NCBI GenBank assembly: GCA_963666275.2
Contig: CAXXOA010000002.1
Coordinates: 1,760,001 to 1,824,000, forward strand
Direction of reading: 5' to 3'
Source: Oceanispirochaeta sp.
GTDB taxonomy: Bacteria > Spirochaetota > Spirochaetia > DSM-2461
Length of the DNA stretch: 64,000 nucleotides
Shown in pieces: positions 49,757 to 60,600 of the stretch; positions within the stretch are counted from its first letter, which is position 1; every line of letters begins with the position of its first letter. Position numbers and translations under genes: made by a program. Below the pieces are notes generated by a model. That model saw only the letters and a list, made by a program, of their open reading frames with translations, searched no databases and had not been told where the DNA came from.

Positions 49757-51679
49757 TCAGGATCTGGAGGAGTTCCCCAGATCGATCACTCCTTCGCAGA
49801 GCCAGTCCATGTTACGGATTATATTGAGATCCGCCTCTTCTCCCTCCGGGATTTTCAGAGTCCCCAGATTATCGTACAGAGGCCCTGTGAAAGGATGGAT
49901 CTGGTTGTGGATCAAATTATTGCGCATCAGTTCCATAAGCTGCTGAGTCCGAAAGGGAACATTGTCTTTATTTACAAGAAAGTCCACAGTTTCAGAGCGC
50001 AGGCCTCCCCAGAAGTTCAGGGGGACCGCGCTGGTGAGATTCTGCTGATAGGCATCCTGTGATCCCGAACCTGAAAGGATATTCTCCAGAATCCTCAGAT
50101 AGAGCTTTCCCCAGTTCCAGCTTGTATAGCCGAACTGCCGGGCCGGATTCTCTCCCTTGCCGGAGAGATCATAAAGGCCGAACTCATCGGTTGTGAGGCC
50201 CGGTACGGGCAGGCTGTGCTGAAAAATGATGCTGCAGTGTTTGCTCAAAAGCTTTCCCGCCAGATTCCGGGCGTATTCGGGGTTATCCCAGAAGGGATTC
50301 CATAAAAGGGGAATATGGCAGTCCGGATCGATCAGACGGGCTCCCTGGACAAAACTGTTGATCCGGAAGTAGGGCTCCACTCCGGTTCCCGTAGCGATAT
50401 ATCCCAGGCGGCCGTCTTCACTCATAAGTGAGGCAAGGATCCCCGCCAGAAAACTCGATTCGAAGCTCTGGCCGAAGTAGGTTCTCACTCTCTGGCGGCT
50501 TTTTTCGGGAGAGCAGAGATAATACATCACATCCGGATGCCTGATGGAGGCCTTGATGATCGGATTGGCAAAGAGGGGAGAGGTGGCAAAGATGACATCA
50601 TAGCCCTTTTCAATTCCCCGGGAAATCGCTTCATAGGCCCCGTCGTCTTCCGGCAGCCCTGCCATGCTGTCTGTGGCAATCTGATCACCCAGCTCCTGCT
50701 GTACATACTGCCGTCCCTGTTCATGGGCATAGGACCAGCCCGACTTTTCTGGTTCCCGGGAGTAGAGAAAAAGGGCTTTCAATGTCTTTTTCCCTGTAAA
50801 CAGGCTGTAGAAACCTTCAATCGGGGATCTCTCTTTCAAAGCGATCTCTTCGGTATCTGTTTTTTCCAGTTCCGCCGCTTCTTCCAGCACCAGGTCGTCC
50901 AGGAGGCGTTTTATCTCGTCCCTGGCTTTTTCTGTTTCAATTTTTTCAGGCATCTGAAAAATTTCAATGTACCGCAGAAAGGCATCCCCTGTGGTCATTC
51001 TGAGTTTCTTCTGGGCACCCAGGGAGTGAAAGATATCTCTGAAGGGCTGGTAGATGTTTTTCAGGATATGTTCATTTGGATCTGAAAGGACCCGATCCTC
51101 CGGGGGAGTATATTCCCTGAATTTCTCCTCCAGGATTTGATATCCCCCTTCTCTGTCCAGCCATATATCCCTGATACCTGTACTGTTTCTGAAGTCCAGA
51201 AAATCAAAGTAGGCCTTTTTCTCCGGTGTGAGCGGCTCTTTCCGGGGCATCAGTCGGATCACATGTGCCTCAATGGTTTTTGCCTTTACATAATTGAGGA
51301 CACTGACCCTTTTATTTCCCTCAATGACATAGTACCAGTTCAGGTATTCGTAGAGTTTTACCGCGTCCCGGATCCCCTCGGTCATATGGGCTTCGAACAG
51401 GTTTATCCATTTAATGGCAAACTCGGACTTGTCATTGGTGGCAAGAGGCAGAAAATTTCTTGTAAACATGGTGGCTCTGGACCGGGACCAGGTTCCTATA
51501 ATCTTGTTTATGGGAACTTTTTCATATCCCACATTGATCTCGGAGACAATCTCCATCTGAGAGGACAGATCTTCCAGTGAAAGAATGAATCCCGGTTTTC
51601 CCCGGGTGATCCGGCCGAAATAAATGAGGCGGCCCTTTCTCAGGGCGTTGAGATATTCATCACGTGCATCTTGAGACAT
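49757..51679 (-). CDS. ParB/Srx-like N-terminal domain fused to a BMP-family ligand-binding domain
   Basis: YYVIEGNKRVSV (ParB-type GxxR motif); C-terminal BMP-like GWSYAHEQGR, YDVIFATS, INSFVQGA, PFTGPLYDN; no signal peptide. Confidence 0.75.
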   Translation of the reverse strand: MSQDARDEYLNALRKGRLIYFGRITRGKPGFILSLEDLSSQMEIVSEINVGYEKVPINKIIGTWSRSRATMFTRNFLPLATNDKSEFAIKWINLFEAHMTEGIRDAVKLYEYLNWYYVIEGNKRVSVLNYVKAKTIEAHVIRLMPRKEPLTPEKKAYFDFLDFRNSTGIRDIWLDREGGYQILEEKFREYTPPEDRVLSDPNEHILKNIYQPFRDIFHSLGAQKKLRMTTGDAFLRYIEIFQMPEKIETEKARDEIKRLLDDLVLEEAAELEKTDTEEIALKERSPIEGFYSLFTGKKTLKALFLYSREPEKSGWSYAHEQGRQYVQQELGDQIATDSMAGLPEDDGAYEAISRGIEKGYDVIFATSPLFANPIIKASIRHPDVMYYLCSPEKSRQRVRTYFGQSFESSFLAGILASLMSEDGRLGYIATGTGVEPYFRINSFVQGARLIDPDCHIPLLWNPFWDNPEYARNLAGKLLSKHCSIIFQHSLPVPGLTTDEFGLYDLSGKGENPARQFGYTSWNWGKLYLRILENILSGSGSQDAYQQNLTSAVPLNFWGGLRSETVDFLVNKDNVPFRTQQLMELMRNNLIHNQIHPFTGPLYDNLGTLKIPEGEEADLNIIRNMDWLCEGVIDLGNSSRS

Positions 51680-51726
51680 GTTTTAATTGTAGTCTATTCA
51701 ACAGGAAATAGGAAAAAAAAGCTGAC

Positions 51727-51924
51727 TTAAAGTCCTGTTGCTCTGGCAAGTATCTTGTGTGTTTCTACGGAAGATTTGCCGTCGAGACTGGGGATCAGAT
51801 TGGTTGAGGTTTTTTTATCAATCATTCGAACCAGTCTTCTATCACGATAAACGAGTATCCGTTTATCTTTCATAACGCGGTAACTGAATAGGTCTGCCTG
51901 AGATTTTTTAGATGAGACTTTCAT
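51727..51924 (-). CDS. Small basic hypothetical protein
   Basis: 65-aa ORF with an AAGGA RBS filling the gap between co-oriented genes. Confidence 0.5.
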   Translation of the reverse strand: MKVSSKKSQADLFSYRVMKDKRILVYRDRRLVRMIDKKTSTNLIPSLDGKSSVETHKILARATGL

Positions 51925-52019
51925 TTATGAGGTCCTTGTATAAAAGATTTAAGAACAGAGATGACATATATTATACACCGGATTCACTAAAAAAACCAGT
52001 TAAATCTATATAAGGTAAG

Positions 52020-52697
52020 TCAGTAGCCCGGTTGGCCTATATAAACAACCGTCGAAGCGGATTGCCGGGATAAACCGGTACCTTTTGAATCGGATGAAAA
52101 ATCATCCTCTGTGGTATCAGGAAAATGCCCGAAATCCTCCCTCAGTGCCAGTTCGGAGAAGGAACAGACGTCAGCTTTCAGGGTAAAGGGAAAGACCATT
52201 TTTTCCCATTTCCCCATGGGATAGAACTCTTTCAGAATTTCCTTTTCATACTTTTCAGGAATTGTCTTTTCGCTGATCCGGTTCAGTATTATAACAAGCC
52301 ATCCGTCCTCTTTCAGTATGCGGCGGAACTCACTGATGGATTCAAACTGTTCCGTTCCGGGAATGTTCCATCGGCAGGTTATGATATCCACAGACTTGCT
52401 GCAGAGCCTTGTGTTGCCGAAATCCCCGTTGACTTCCCTGAAGTTTTTGTTCTTCCAGAACTTTTCTGCTGCCTTCTGCCGGTTGTCCTTATCTTTTTCA
52501 ACGCAGTAAACCGTATTGGCATCTTTGAGGAAGTGGCTTGCCAGAATTCCGGATCCGGACTCGATATCGGCCAGGATCATCCCTTTATTCAGGTTGGTTT
52601 TTTCCAGAATAAACTCAATGGCTTCAGGTGCGAAACCACAGATCCTACCCTCGGCAAGAGATTCGCACAGAGGGTTTAATTGATTTCCGGTTAACAT
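52020..52697 (-). CDS. Class I SAM-dependent methyltransferase-like protein with degenerate motif I
   Basis: ADIESGSG in place of DxGxGxG; SVDIIT; EFRRILKEDGW. Confidence 0.65.
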   Translation of the reverse strand: MLTGNQLNPLCESLAEGRICGFAPEAIEFILEKTNLNKGMILADIESGSGILASHFLKDANTVYCVEKDKDNRQKAAEKFWKNKNFREVNGDFGNTRLCSKSVDIITCRWNIPGTEQFESISEFRRILKEDGWLVIILNRISEKTIPEKYEKEILKEFYPMGKWEKMVFPFTLKADVCSFSELALREDFGHFPDTTEDDFSSDSKGTGLSRQSASTVVYIGQPGY

Positions 52698-52748
52698 AGT
52701 AATATAAGTATACCATAGTTTGAGAATCCGGACGTAAGATTTTTTTCT

Positions 52749-54065
52749 CTAGAAAGTCAGCTCATGCAGAAGAGTGTTCAGTTCCGCATCGTTTCTGACT
52801 GTCTCGAGCAGTTTGTCCGTGACCTTTCCTCTTGCCTGTTCTTCTGTGAGACCGCCGCTTTTGACTTCCTCACTCTGCCATACAATATCTTCTCCCCGGG
52901 AGGTGATAAGCCCCACATAACATCGTCCGTAACTGATGACAAGTCCGAAATCATTGGGCGGAGCTTCATGAAAAGAGAAACTCAGACTGATCTTTTTCTC
53001 CGACTCCCTGTCTGTCAGGGTAAAAGGGGTGATCGAGTCGAGGATCTCGAAGCTCCTGCTGTACAGACCGCTTCCTTCGCCTTCTATGAGCATCTGTACC
53101 ACAAGGGCCTGCACGGATGTAGAAGAGGATTCTGAAGGAAGGGCATAATCCAGCTGGGACAGGAGCTCCCTGTTGGTCAAGGGAGATTTGAGCCGGTAGG
53201 TGAAATTCCCTTCTCCCGGCAGTTCCTTCACCGTGTAGAGCCAGTCGAAATTCCCGTCGGGATCAAGGGGGATCTCCTGCAGGATCTCTCCTGAGGCATT
53301 CAGGAATTCAAGGGCGAATGCGCCCGGATTCCTTCCTGTCCCGCAGAGGACAGTTCCCCTGAGGGAAATCTGTTCCATCTGGGTGACTCTGTCCGGCAGG
53401 GAAGGAGCCGGGAGGGTTATTCCCTTCAGAAGGTCTTCGGCTCTGAGAAGAAGCAGAGTGTCTATGGATCCGGTCTGCCCGAAGAGCTCCATGGAGACTT
53501 TATTTCCCGTATAGTTCTGACGGTATTCTGAGTAGGCGCGGTCAATTGTTTTAAGTTCAGAAAGGGTGTCTCTGAATACACCGGCAAACATTTCCTCTAT
53601 GCGCTGTCTCATATCACGGGCCCGTCTCTCCTGAATGGCTTCCCATTCCATCCTGCTCAATCTCATGTAGTACCAGTAGCCGTCCTGCTGAGAATACCAG
53701 GTGTCCACAGTCTCCAGGGCTTCCAGATCCTGTTCTACTTTCTGTCTTATATTCTGCTCCACCAGATAGGTTTCTCCGGTTTCAGAACTGTCAGTGGCCT
53801 GAATATCCAGACTGCTCTCTATGGAGGCGAAAATTTCCGATGAGAGCTCCGCCAGTGCTCTGGAGCGGGCAATCTCTTTATCATCCGCCTGATTCCCGGT
53901 TTCAGATCCCCCTATTCCGATATAGTAGACAGTACTGTCGGGACGGTTTGTGATCCATTCGGGTTTTCCCTTGTCCTCCTGTTTTTTCTCCTCCGGGGAG
54001 GAAGCACAGGAGAGGATCAGAAAGACGATTGTTATCAAAAGAAAAATGAATTGCTGTTTTTTCAT
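52749..54065 (-). CDS. LPP20-family lipoprotein
   Basis: Lipobox ILSC; KPEWI...YYIGIG...ARSRALAELS. Confidence 0.75.
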   Translation of the reverse strand: MKKQQFIFLLITIVFLILSCASSPEEKKQEDKGKPEWITNRPDSTVYYIGIGGSETGNQADDKEIARSRALAELSSEIFASIESSLDIQATDSSETGETYLVEQNIRQKVEQDLEALETVDTWYSQQDGYWYYMRLSRMEWEAIQERRARDMRQRIEEMFAGVFRDTLSELKTIDRAYSEYRQNYTGNKVSMELFGQTGSIDTLLLLRAEDLLKGITLPAPSLPDRVTQMEQISLRGTVLCGTGRNPGAFALEFLNASGEILQEIPLDPDGNFDWLYTVKELPGEGNFTYRLKSPLTNRELLSQLDYALPSESSSTSVQALVVQMLIEGEGSGLYSRSFEILDSITPFTLTDRESEKKISLSFSFHEAPPNDFGLVISYGRCYVGLITSRGEDIVWQSEEVKSGGLTEEQARGKVTDKLLETVRNDAELNTLLHELTF

Positions 54066-54270
54066 AGCATTTGCCCTTAAAATAGAGGAATTTCATCAGA
54101 ATAAATTGCATAATAAATATACTTCAGAACATTATCTCATGCAATTGAAGGAAATCTGGAGAATATGATTTAATAATATTATTGGTTCTGATCATCGGAA
54201 AAATCAAAAAAAGTACCTATAATTAAACAGTATAGGGTACCTTTCTGATGACATTGACTGGAGGATTTAC

Positions 54271-55500
54271 ATGGTAAAAAAAGGATTATTATTTCTCTTT
54301 TTTCTTTCTCTGACTTTAAATATTGCTGCTCAGCCCAAAGTAGCCGTTCTGGATGCCACTCTGGGGGAAGGAGTCTCCATCAATGCCAGTGCCATTGTTG
54401 CGGATACCATTAACGAGCAGTTTGTAAAAGCTCCCAATTTTACAGCCATTGAACGTGCCTATATTTCCAATATTCAGGAAGAAAAGAAATTCCAGCTTTC
54501 CGGTGACGTCAAGGAAGAGGACATCAAGGAAATAGGTAACACCTTCGGAGCGGATTATCTGTGTGTGGCGAATGTCAGTCTTCTGGGATCCACCTACACT
54601 GTCTCCGCCCGGCTTATTGAAGTGGCCACCGCTCAGGTCTATGCCCAGGAATCCCATAGGATGCGGGGAGAAATTGACATCCTCTTTATGATTGCGGAAA
54701 TCGTGGGAGCCGAACTGGTGGGAACCGACATGGCCAATACTGAATTTGTGCCTTCAGAAGACATAACCCAGGAACCCATGCCCCAGGTCAATGTGGAGCC
54801 CGAACCGGAACCTCAGCCGGAACCCGAAACAGAATTTGTACCCTCTCCCCAGCCCGAAAGGGAAAAGAAGTCTTCCGGTCCCTCTCAGCCGAAAGGGCAT
54901 TTTATGGTGTCACTTTTTGTTCCCGCCTATCTGGGAGCTGAGGACTATTTCACAGGAGGGTATTCCTTCAATGATCTGGATGGCTATTACGAAGATAACG
55001 GTTATGATGTGTCAGAACTGTCCTGGGGATTGGATGTGCACTATCTGGAACCCTTTCTGGGTTTCATCTACTACTCTCTGGGATTTCTCTATACCGATGA
55101 TGTCCTGAGGCTGGAGAACTCTGGCGGGGTTTATCAGTACGATATGTTCCGGACCTTCGAGCCCTATGCCGGTCTGGGCGCGATCATTGCCCCGATCTCC
55201 CATCTGGAGTTCTATGGGGGAATCACAGCGGGAATCATGATCCTGGCCCTTGGTTCCGAATATGCCTCCGATGCGGACGATTCGGTCTGGGGCGACGACG
55301 CGGGAGAGACCGCAGCCGGCCTTTCTCTCGGATTTGAGCTGGGCGCCACTCTGTACGCCGGTCCTCTGGGGCTGGATCTTCGGTACAAGTTTGCCCGGTC
55401 CGGCAACATGACCGGTGATGTTCTGTTCCCTGAAAGCTATTCGGGCGACAAAAGCTTCGGTCATCATGGTCTGGCTATCGGTATCGGTTTTATGTTCTGA
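54271..55500 (+). CDS. Secreted protein with a CsgG/FlgO-like N-terminal domain, Pro/Glu linker and probable outer-membrane beta-barrel
   Basis: Signal peptide, KVAVLD...IER...GAD...SARLIEVAT, PEPEP linker, amphipathic strands ending in IGFMF. Confidence 0.65.
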   Translation: MVKKGLLFLFFLSLTLNIAAQPKVAVLDATLGEGVSINASAIVADTINEQFVKAPNFTAIERAYISNIQEEKKFQLSGDVKEEDIKEIGNTFGADYLCVANVSLLGSTYTVSARLIEVATAQVYAQESHRMRGEIDILFMIAEIVGAELVGTDMANTEFVPSEDITQEPMPQVNVEPEPEPQPEPETEFVPSPQPEREKKSSGPSQPKGHFMVSLFVPAYLGAEDYFTGGYSFNDLDGYYEDNGYDVSELSWGLDVHYLEPFLGFIYYSLGFLYTDDVLRLENSGGVYQYDMFRTFEPYAGLGAIIAPISHLEFYGGITAGIMILALGSEYASDADDSVWGDDAGETAAGLSLGFELGATLYAGPLGLDLRYKFARSGNMTGDVLFPESYSGDKSFGHHGLAIGIGFMF

Positions 55501-55522
55501 TTCTGAAATTGTCTGATATCCC

Positions 55523-55557
55523 GCAGGAATTCCTCGAGGATTCCTGCTTTTTTTTTT
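55523..55557 (+). terminator. Rho-independent terminator
   Basis: gcaggaat...attcctgc followed by T10. Confidence 0.85.
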
Positions 55558-55574
55558 CATTACCGGAGGATCCC

Positions 55575-56426
55575 ATGAAAGAGAATGCCCGGTTCTGGCA
55601 TCTTCACGATGCCGGTCCGGTGGACTTTCTGCATGCCACCTATTATACCCACTCCTTTCCGAAACATATCCATGAAGGATATGTTTTCGGCGTTGTAACA
55701 AGGGGAGTGGAGGCTTTTGACAGGGAAGGAGAGGATCATCAGGCGGAAGAGGGGAGTCTGGTGATCATTAATCCGGGGGATACCCATACGGGTTATGCCC
55801 CTTTTGATGTGGGATGGTCCTACAGAACAATCTATCCCCGGACAGATCTAATCAGGAAGGCTGCGGATATGGCCAACTCTCATTCTGGCCTTTATCCGGG
55901 GTTTTCCCGGGCTGTTGTGAAAGATCCCGCTCTGGTTCAGGACTTCCTTCATATGCACAGGGTCAACGAAACCTCCGACTGCGCCCTGGAAAGGGAAACG
56001 CTTTTCTATGAGGTCCTGCGGCGACTGATACACCGATACAGTGATAAAAAGATAAATCTTTCCGGCAGGCAGGGAAAAGATACCGCTTTGGCGGCTCGGG
56101 TCTGCGATTACCTGAGGGCCCACTATGCCGGCAATCCCGGCCTGAGCGAACTGTCCGAAGTCACCGGAGTCAGTCCCTGGCATCTGACGAGGGTATTCAA
56201 AAATGTCAAAGGGATCCCCCCCCATGCCTGGCTGAATCAGTACAGGCTGAACCGGGCCCGGGATATGATCTTCAGGGGAATTTCCCCCTCCATGGCAGCC
56301 GCAGCCAGCGGTTTTACAGATCAGAGTCATCTAACCAGGCATTTCAAGAGGTATTTCGGAGTCACACCCGGTAAAATTTTCCACCCGAGCAAAAATGTAC
56401 AAGACCATACCGGGCAGGATCGTTAA
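55575..56426 (+). CDS. AraC family regulator
   Basis: FPKHIHE cupin-type sensor; HLTRVFK and GFTDQSHLTRHFK HTH; GGAGG RBS. Confidence 0.93.
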   Translation: MKENARFWHLHDAGPVDFLHATYYTHSFPKHIHEGYVFGVVTRGVEAFDREGEDHQAEEGSLVIINPGDTHTGYAPFDVGWSYRTIYPRTDLIRKAADMANSHSGLYPGFSRAVVKDPALVQDFLHMHRVNETSDCALERETLFYEVLRRLIHRYSDKKINLSGRQGKDTALAARVCDYLRAHYAGNPGLSELSEVTGVSPWHLTRVFKNVKGIPPHAWLNQYRLNRARDMIFRGISPSMAAAASGFTDQSHLTRHFKRYFGVTPGKIFHPSKNVQDHTGQDR

Positions 56427-56436
56427 AATCGGTTCC

Positions 56437-57174
56437 ATGATAGCTGAATCGAGAGAATTTACAAAATCCGGGGAGTTCCTGGACGGGGCGGTCAAATCAT
56501 TTCCCCTGCTTCTCGGAGCGTCACCATTCGGTTTGATCTACGGCACTCTGGCTGTGACAGGCGGTCTTTCCGTACCTGCTGCTCTGGCAATGTCGGCATT
56601 TGTTTTTGCCGGGTCCTCCCAGTTCATTGCCGTAGGGCTCGTGGCCCTGGATGCCCCGGTTCTCATAATTATCCTGACCACCTTTGTGGTGAATCTCCGG
56701 CATATGCTCTACAGTGCGGCTCTGCTGCCCTGGCTGAAAAAACTCCCTCAGAAATGGCGGATCCCTCTGGCATTCTGGCTGACCGACGAAACCTTTGCCG
56801 TGACTGTTGTCAGGTATAACAGGGAGGATTCTTCTCCCTTTAAACACTGGTTTCAGCTGGGATCCTCCCTGGCCATGTACCTAAACTGGCAGTTCTGGTG
56901 CGCCATGGGACTCCTTCTGGGGGGACGTATCCAGGATGCTGCCAACTGGGGACTCGATTTTGCCATGCCTGTAACCTTTATCGGTATGACAATTCCCTTT
57001 GTCAGAAATTCTCCCACGCTGATTTGCGTACTCACTGCCGGCGCCGTCTCCCTGCTGACGGGAAATATGCCCTATAAACTGGGGCTTATGGCCGCGGCTC
57101 TGGCGGGAATTGCCATGGGAATGCTCATGGACAGACGGAATAGGGGCCTGAAAGGGGCTAAGGAGTTATCATGA
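56437..57174 (+). CDS. azlC: AzlC family branched-chain amino acid exporter
   Basis: FAGSSQF, VNLRHMLYS, LTDETFA, GLDFAM. Confidence 0.9.
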   Translation: MIAESREFTKSGEFLDGAVKSFPLLLGASPFGLIYGTLAVTGGLSVPAALAMSAFVFAGSSQFIAVGLVALDAPVLIIILTTFVVNLRHMLYSAALLPWLKKLPQKWRIPLAFWLTDETFAVTVVRYNREDSSPFKHWFQLGSSLAMYLNWQFWCAMGLLLGGRIQDAANWGLDFAMPVTFIGMTIPFVRNSPTLICVLTAGAVSLLTGNMPYKLGLMAAALAGIAMGMLMDRRNRGLKGAKELS

Positions 57175-57500
57175 CAAATCAGGAGATCATCCTCATTCTC
57201 GGTATGGCTGCTGTTACGTTCTCTATCAGGTATATCCTGCTGGCCCTGGCAGACCATTTTACCCTTCCTCCGCTTATGCAGAGAGCCCTGGGATTTGTTC
57301 CTCCTGCTGTTCTGACAGCCATTACGGTCCCGGCCGTGCTGACTCCGGCTGGCTCTCTGGATCTGAGCTTTGCCAACCCCTACCTCTACGGGGCCCTGGC
57401 AGCCCTGGGGGCGGGACTTGTTTTCCGGAAACAGACCCTTCTTGCCTCCATTTCAGCCGGGCTGGCTGTCTTCTTTCTCTGGCGTCAGCTTTTCCTCTGA
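57171..57500 (+). CDS. azlD: AzlD family membrane protein
   Basis: GMAAVTFSIRY, FVPPAVLTA; coupled to azlC. Confidence 0.88.
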   Translation: MTNQEIILILGMAAVTFSIRYILLALADHFTLPPLMQRALGFVPPAVLTAITVPAVLTPAGSLDLSFANPYLYGALAALGAGLVFRKQTLLASISAGLAVFFLWRQLFL

Positions 57501-57622
57501 AAAACGGAAAGGATTTTTTATTTATTTTGATTTTGTATTCTCCAGAACCATCCGTTAAATTTAAGTGATACAATAATTCCAGCTAGCTCTAAAGTTGATA
57601 AAACCTGAGGACAACCGAATAG

Positions 57623-60600
57623 ATGAATGAATCACTTAAAAAATATGGCATCCTGCTTCTGCTTCTGGGAATGATCATTCCGGCGAACCTTTTTTCTATT
57701 GAACTGTTTTACGGTGTGAATTTCATTTTCGGGACACTCTTCGTCTTTCTGATCGCCTTTATGTACAACCCCCTGTGGTCTCTCCTGGCCGGATTAATTT
57801 CCTCGGTTACCATGTTCTTTCTCTGGCACCATCTTTTTGCCACCCCTGTTTTTATGGCGGAAGCTTTCACGGTTTCCCTGCTCTATCATTTCAGAAAGAA
57901 AGGGACTCCCGTAGAGTATGCGGCTCTGTTCTGGACTGTTCTGGGACTGCCCCTGGGATTGCTTATTTACAAAACAGGCACGAGCATGAGCTGGGAAGCA
58001 GTGATTATGAGTACTCTCAAACAGTTTCTCAATTCGCTGTTCACCTCTTCCCTGGCAGGTTTCCTTCTCATTCTGCCGTCACTGCCTTTCCTTAAAAAGA
58101 GATTTGACAAAGAGGAGAATCTGACACCCCTCTATGAAATGATAAGTTCCATTGTGATCCTGGTTCTGCTTTCGGGAATTCTGTTTGTTGTGGTAAAAGA
58201 GAACAGGGTCTATGAGAAAAGGTCCATAAACGGAGTCAAAGAAAGACTGATCGATACCAGTGACAGCTTTATATCCTATCTGGATGACTGGAAAAAGAAG
58301 AACGGCTACAGCCTCTACAGGATGTCTTACCAGTTTGATAAATCCGAACTTGCCGATCCCAGAGCGCTTCAGATGAACCTTGAATTCCTTTCGGAAACTC
58401 TGAATGCCTTTGACAGCCTGACCATTGCAGGGAAAACAGGACAGGTCATTGCCTCTTCTCCGCCTGTAAATACACTGGGCATCAGCAATCTGGATAGAGA
58501 TTATTCGGATACTCCCGTTTTTCATTATCTGCAGAACTCCCTGGATACAGCCTATACGGATATCATTCTTTCTGATGATAATGAGAGGTATCTGCTGGGA
58601 GTCGGAGCACCCATAAGGATCGACGGTCAGTTTGAGGGCTTCGTCATGGGAATGCTCTACCTTGATCCTATGTTCCAGATCATGAATCAGTTCCGTCAGA
58701 ACATCAGTCAGGATATTACCCTCATTGACGCTTCCGGCAGGGTTATCATTTCCACTGGACCCTACAGTGAGCGTTCTCTTTTTGTGAGTGTCGATGAAGG
58801 TCTGAAAGTTCCCATTGGTGACGGGGTTATTCACTGGTTTCCTTCGGATACTTCTTCGTCCATGCAGAGTTTCCAGCATTCCAGACTCTATTATAAATCT
58901 GTCATTCCGGATCTGAACTGGACCCTCTACCTGGAAGAAGGTCTGGCACCCCGGGCAGAGGAACTTATCCGGCTCAGTCTGGAGAATAATATCTTTATTC
59001 TGATCCTTGTGCTTCTCTTTATTGTCCTGTTTAAAATGGGACTCAGCAGAATTACAGGAACCCTTGAAAGAATCATCCGGATAGGAAAGACAGATAATTA
59101 CCTTTCAGACCAGGAATGGCCTTCTACCAGAATCCAGGAGTTCCATGAAATCATCAGCTATTTTCAGTCTCTTATGAAGCTCCACCGTCTGGATAATCGT
59201 CAGATGAAGGACCAGAACCGGGAACTCACAAAGATCAATTCCGCCCTGATCCAGAGTGAGGAGAATCTGAGAATCACCCTTCAGTCCATAGGGGACGGTG
59301 TTATCGTGACAGATGAATCCGGCAGTGTTACGGATCTGAATCCTGTTGCCTGCCGGCTGATAGGCTGGACCTACGAATCCGCCCTGAACAAGAGTCTTGA
59401 TACATTGCTTGACCTGAAGGAAGAGATTACCGGGGCAGGGGTGAAACTTATGGAAAAGATTCTCCAGAACGGGGAATCCATTTATCCCGGGACTCCCTAT
59501 AAACTGACAGATCCCCAGAGAAAAACTGCCATCGTCACGATCGGAGCGGAACCTATCCGGACCAGTCTGGATTCGGATATCCGCGGAGCGGTTCTGATCC
59601 TCCGGAATATTTCCGAAACCAGGAAGCTGGAGGAACAGCTCCGGCAGTCCCAGAAGCTGGAGGTCGTGGGGCAGCTCTCGGGTGGGATCGCTCATGACTT
59701 CAATAATATTCTGACAGGTATACTGGGGCTGAACAAAATGATTCAGTCCGAGCTTCCCCCCGATTCCTCTGGACGGGAGTATTCGGAAAATATTGACAAG
59801 CAGATCGCCAGAGCTGCTGATCTTACAGGGAAGCTTCTCGCCTTTTCCCGGAAGGGGAAAATGGTCACAAAAGTTTTTGACCTGCATACAGTCATTAATG
59901 AAACTGTTATGATCCTGGAAAGGACAATTGATAAATCGGTTTCCATTGAAAAACGAACCGATGCCAAATTTACCCATATCAATGGCGACCCTGTTCAAAT
60001 CCAGAGTGTTCTCATGAATATTGCCCTTAATGCCCGGGATGCCATGCCCAAAGGGGGAACCCTGACAATCGCGACGGAAAACACAAAGGGACTCCAGAAT
60101 ATCGAGACCAACACGGGCATTAAAATGATTACAGGGCAGCATCTCCGTATTTCCATTACCGATACAGGCGATGGAATGAGCGATGATGTTAAAGTGCGCA
60201 TTTTCGAGCCCTTTTTTACCACAAAACAGAAGAACGGAACCTCTGGAATGAGCCTTTCAGCCGCTTTCGGAGCTGTGTCAGAGCATAACGGTGTCATTTC
60301 TGTCCGTTCCGAACAGGGGCGGGGAACAGTTTTTGATCTTTATTTTCCCGTTGTGAAAAATCCTGAAATCAAGATCGAATTTCCCAGGGAGAAAGCTGCT
60401 GTCCAGGCAGATGAAACGATCCTTGTCATTGACGATGAGGAGATCATCCGCAACTCTCTGAAAGCAATTCTGACAGAACTGGGGTATAAGGTGTTTATCG
60501 CTTCCGGAGGAGAGCAGGGGCTGAGTCTCTACAGGGACAACTCCCGGGAGATCTCTCTGGTTATTCTTGATGCCGTGATGGCGGATATGACAGGCCTTGA

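Noticed and set aside
54770..54860. Pro/Glu repeat as a DNA repeat element
   Set aside because: Imperfect at DNA level; an ordinary inter-domain linker
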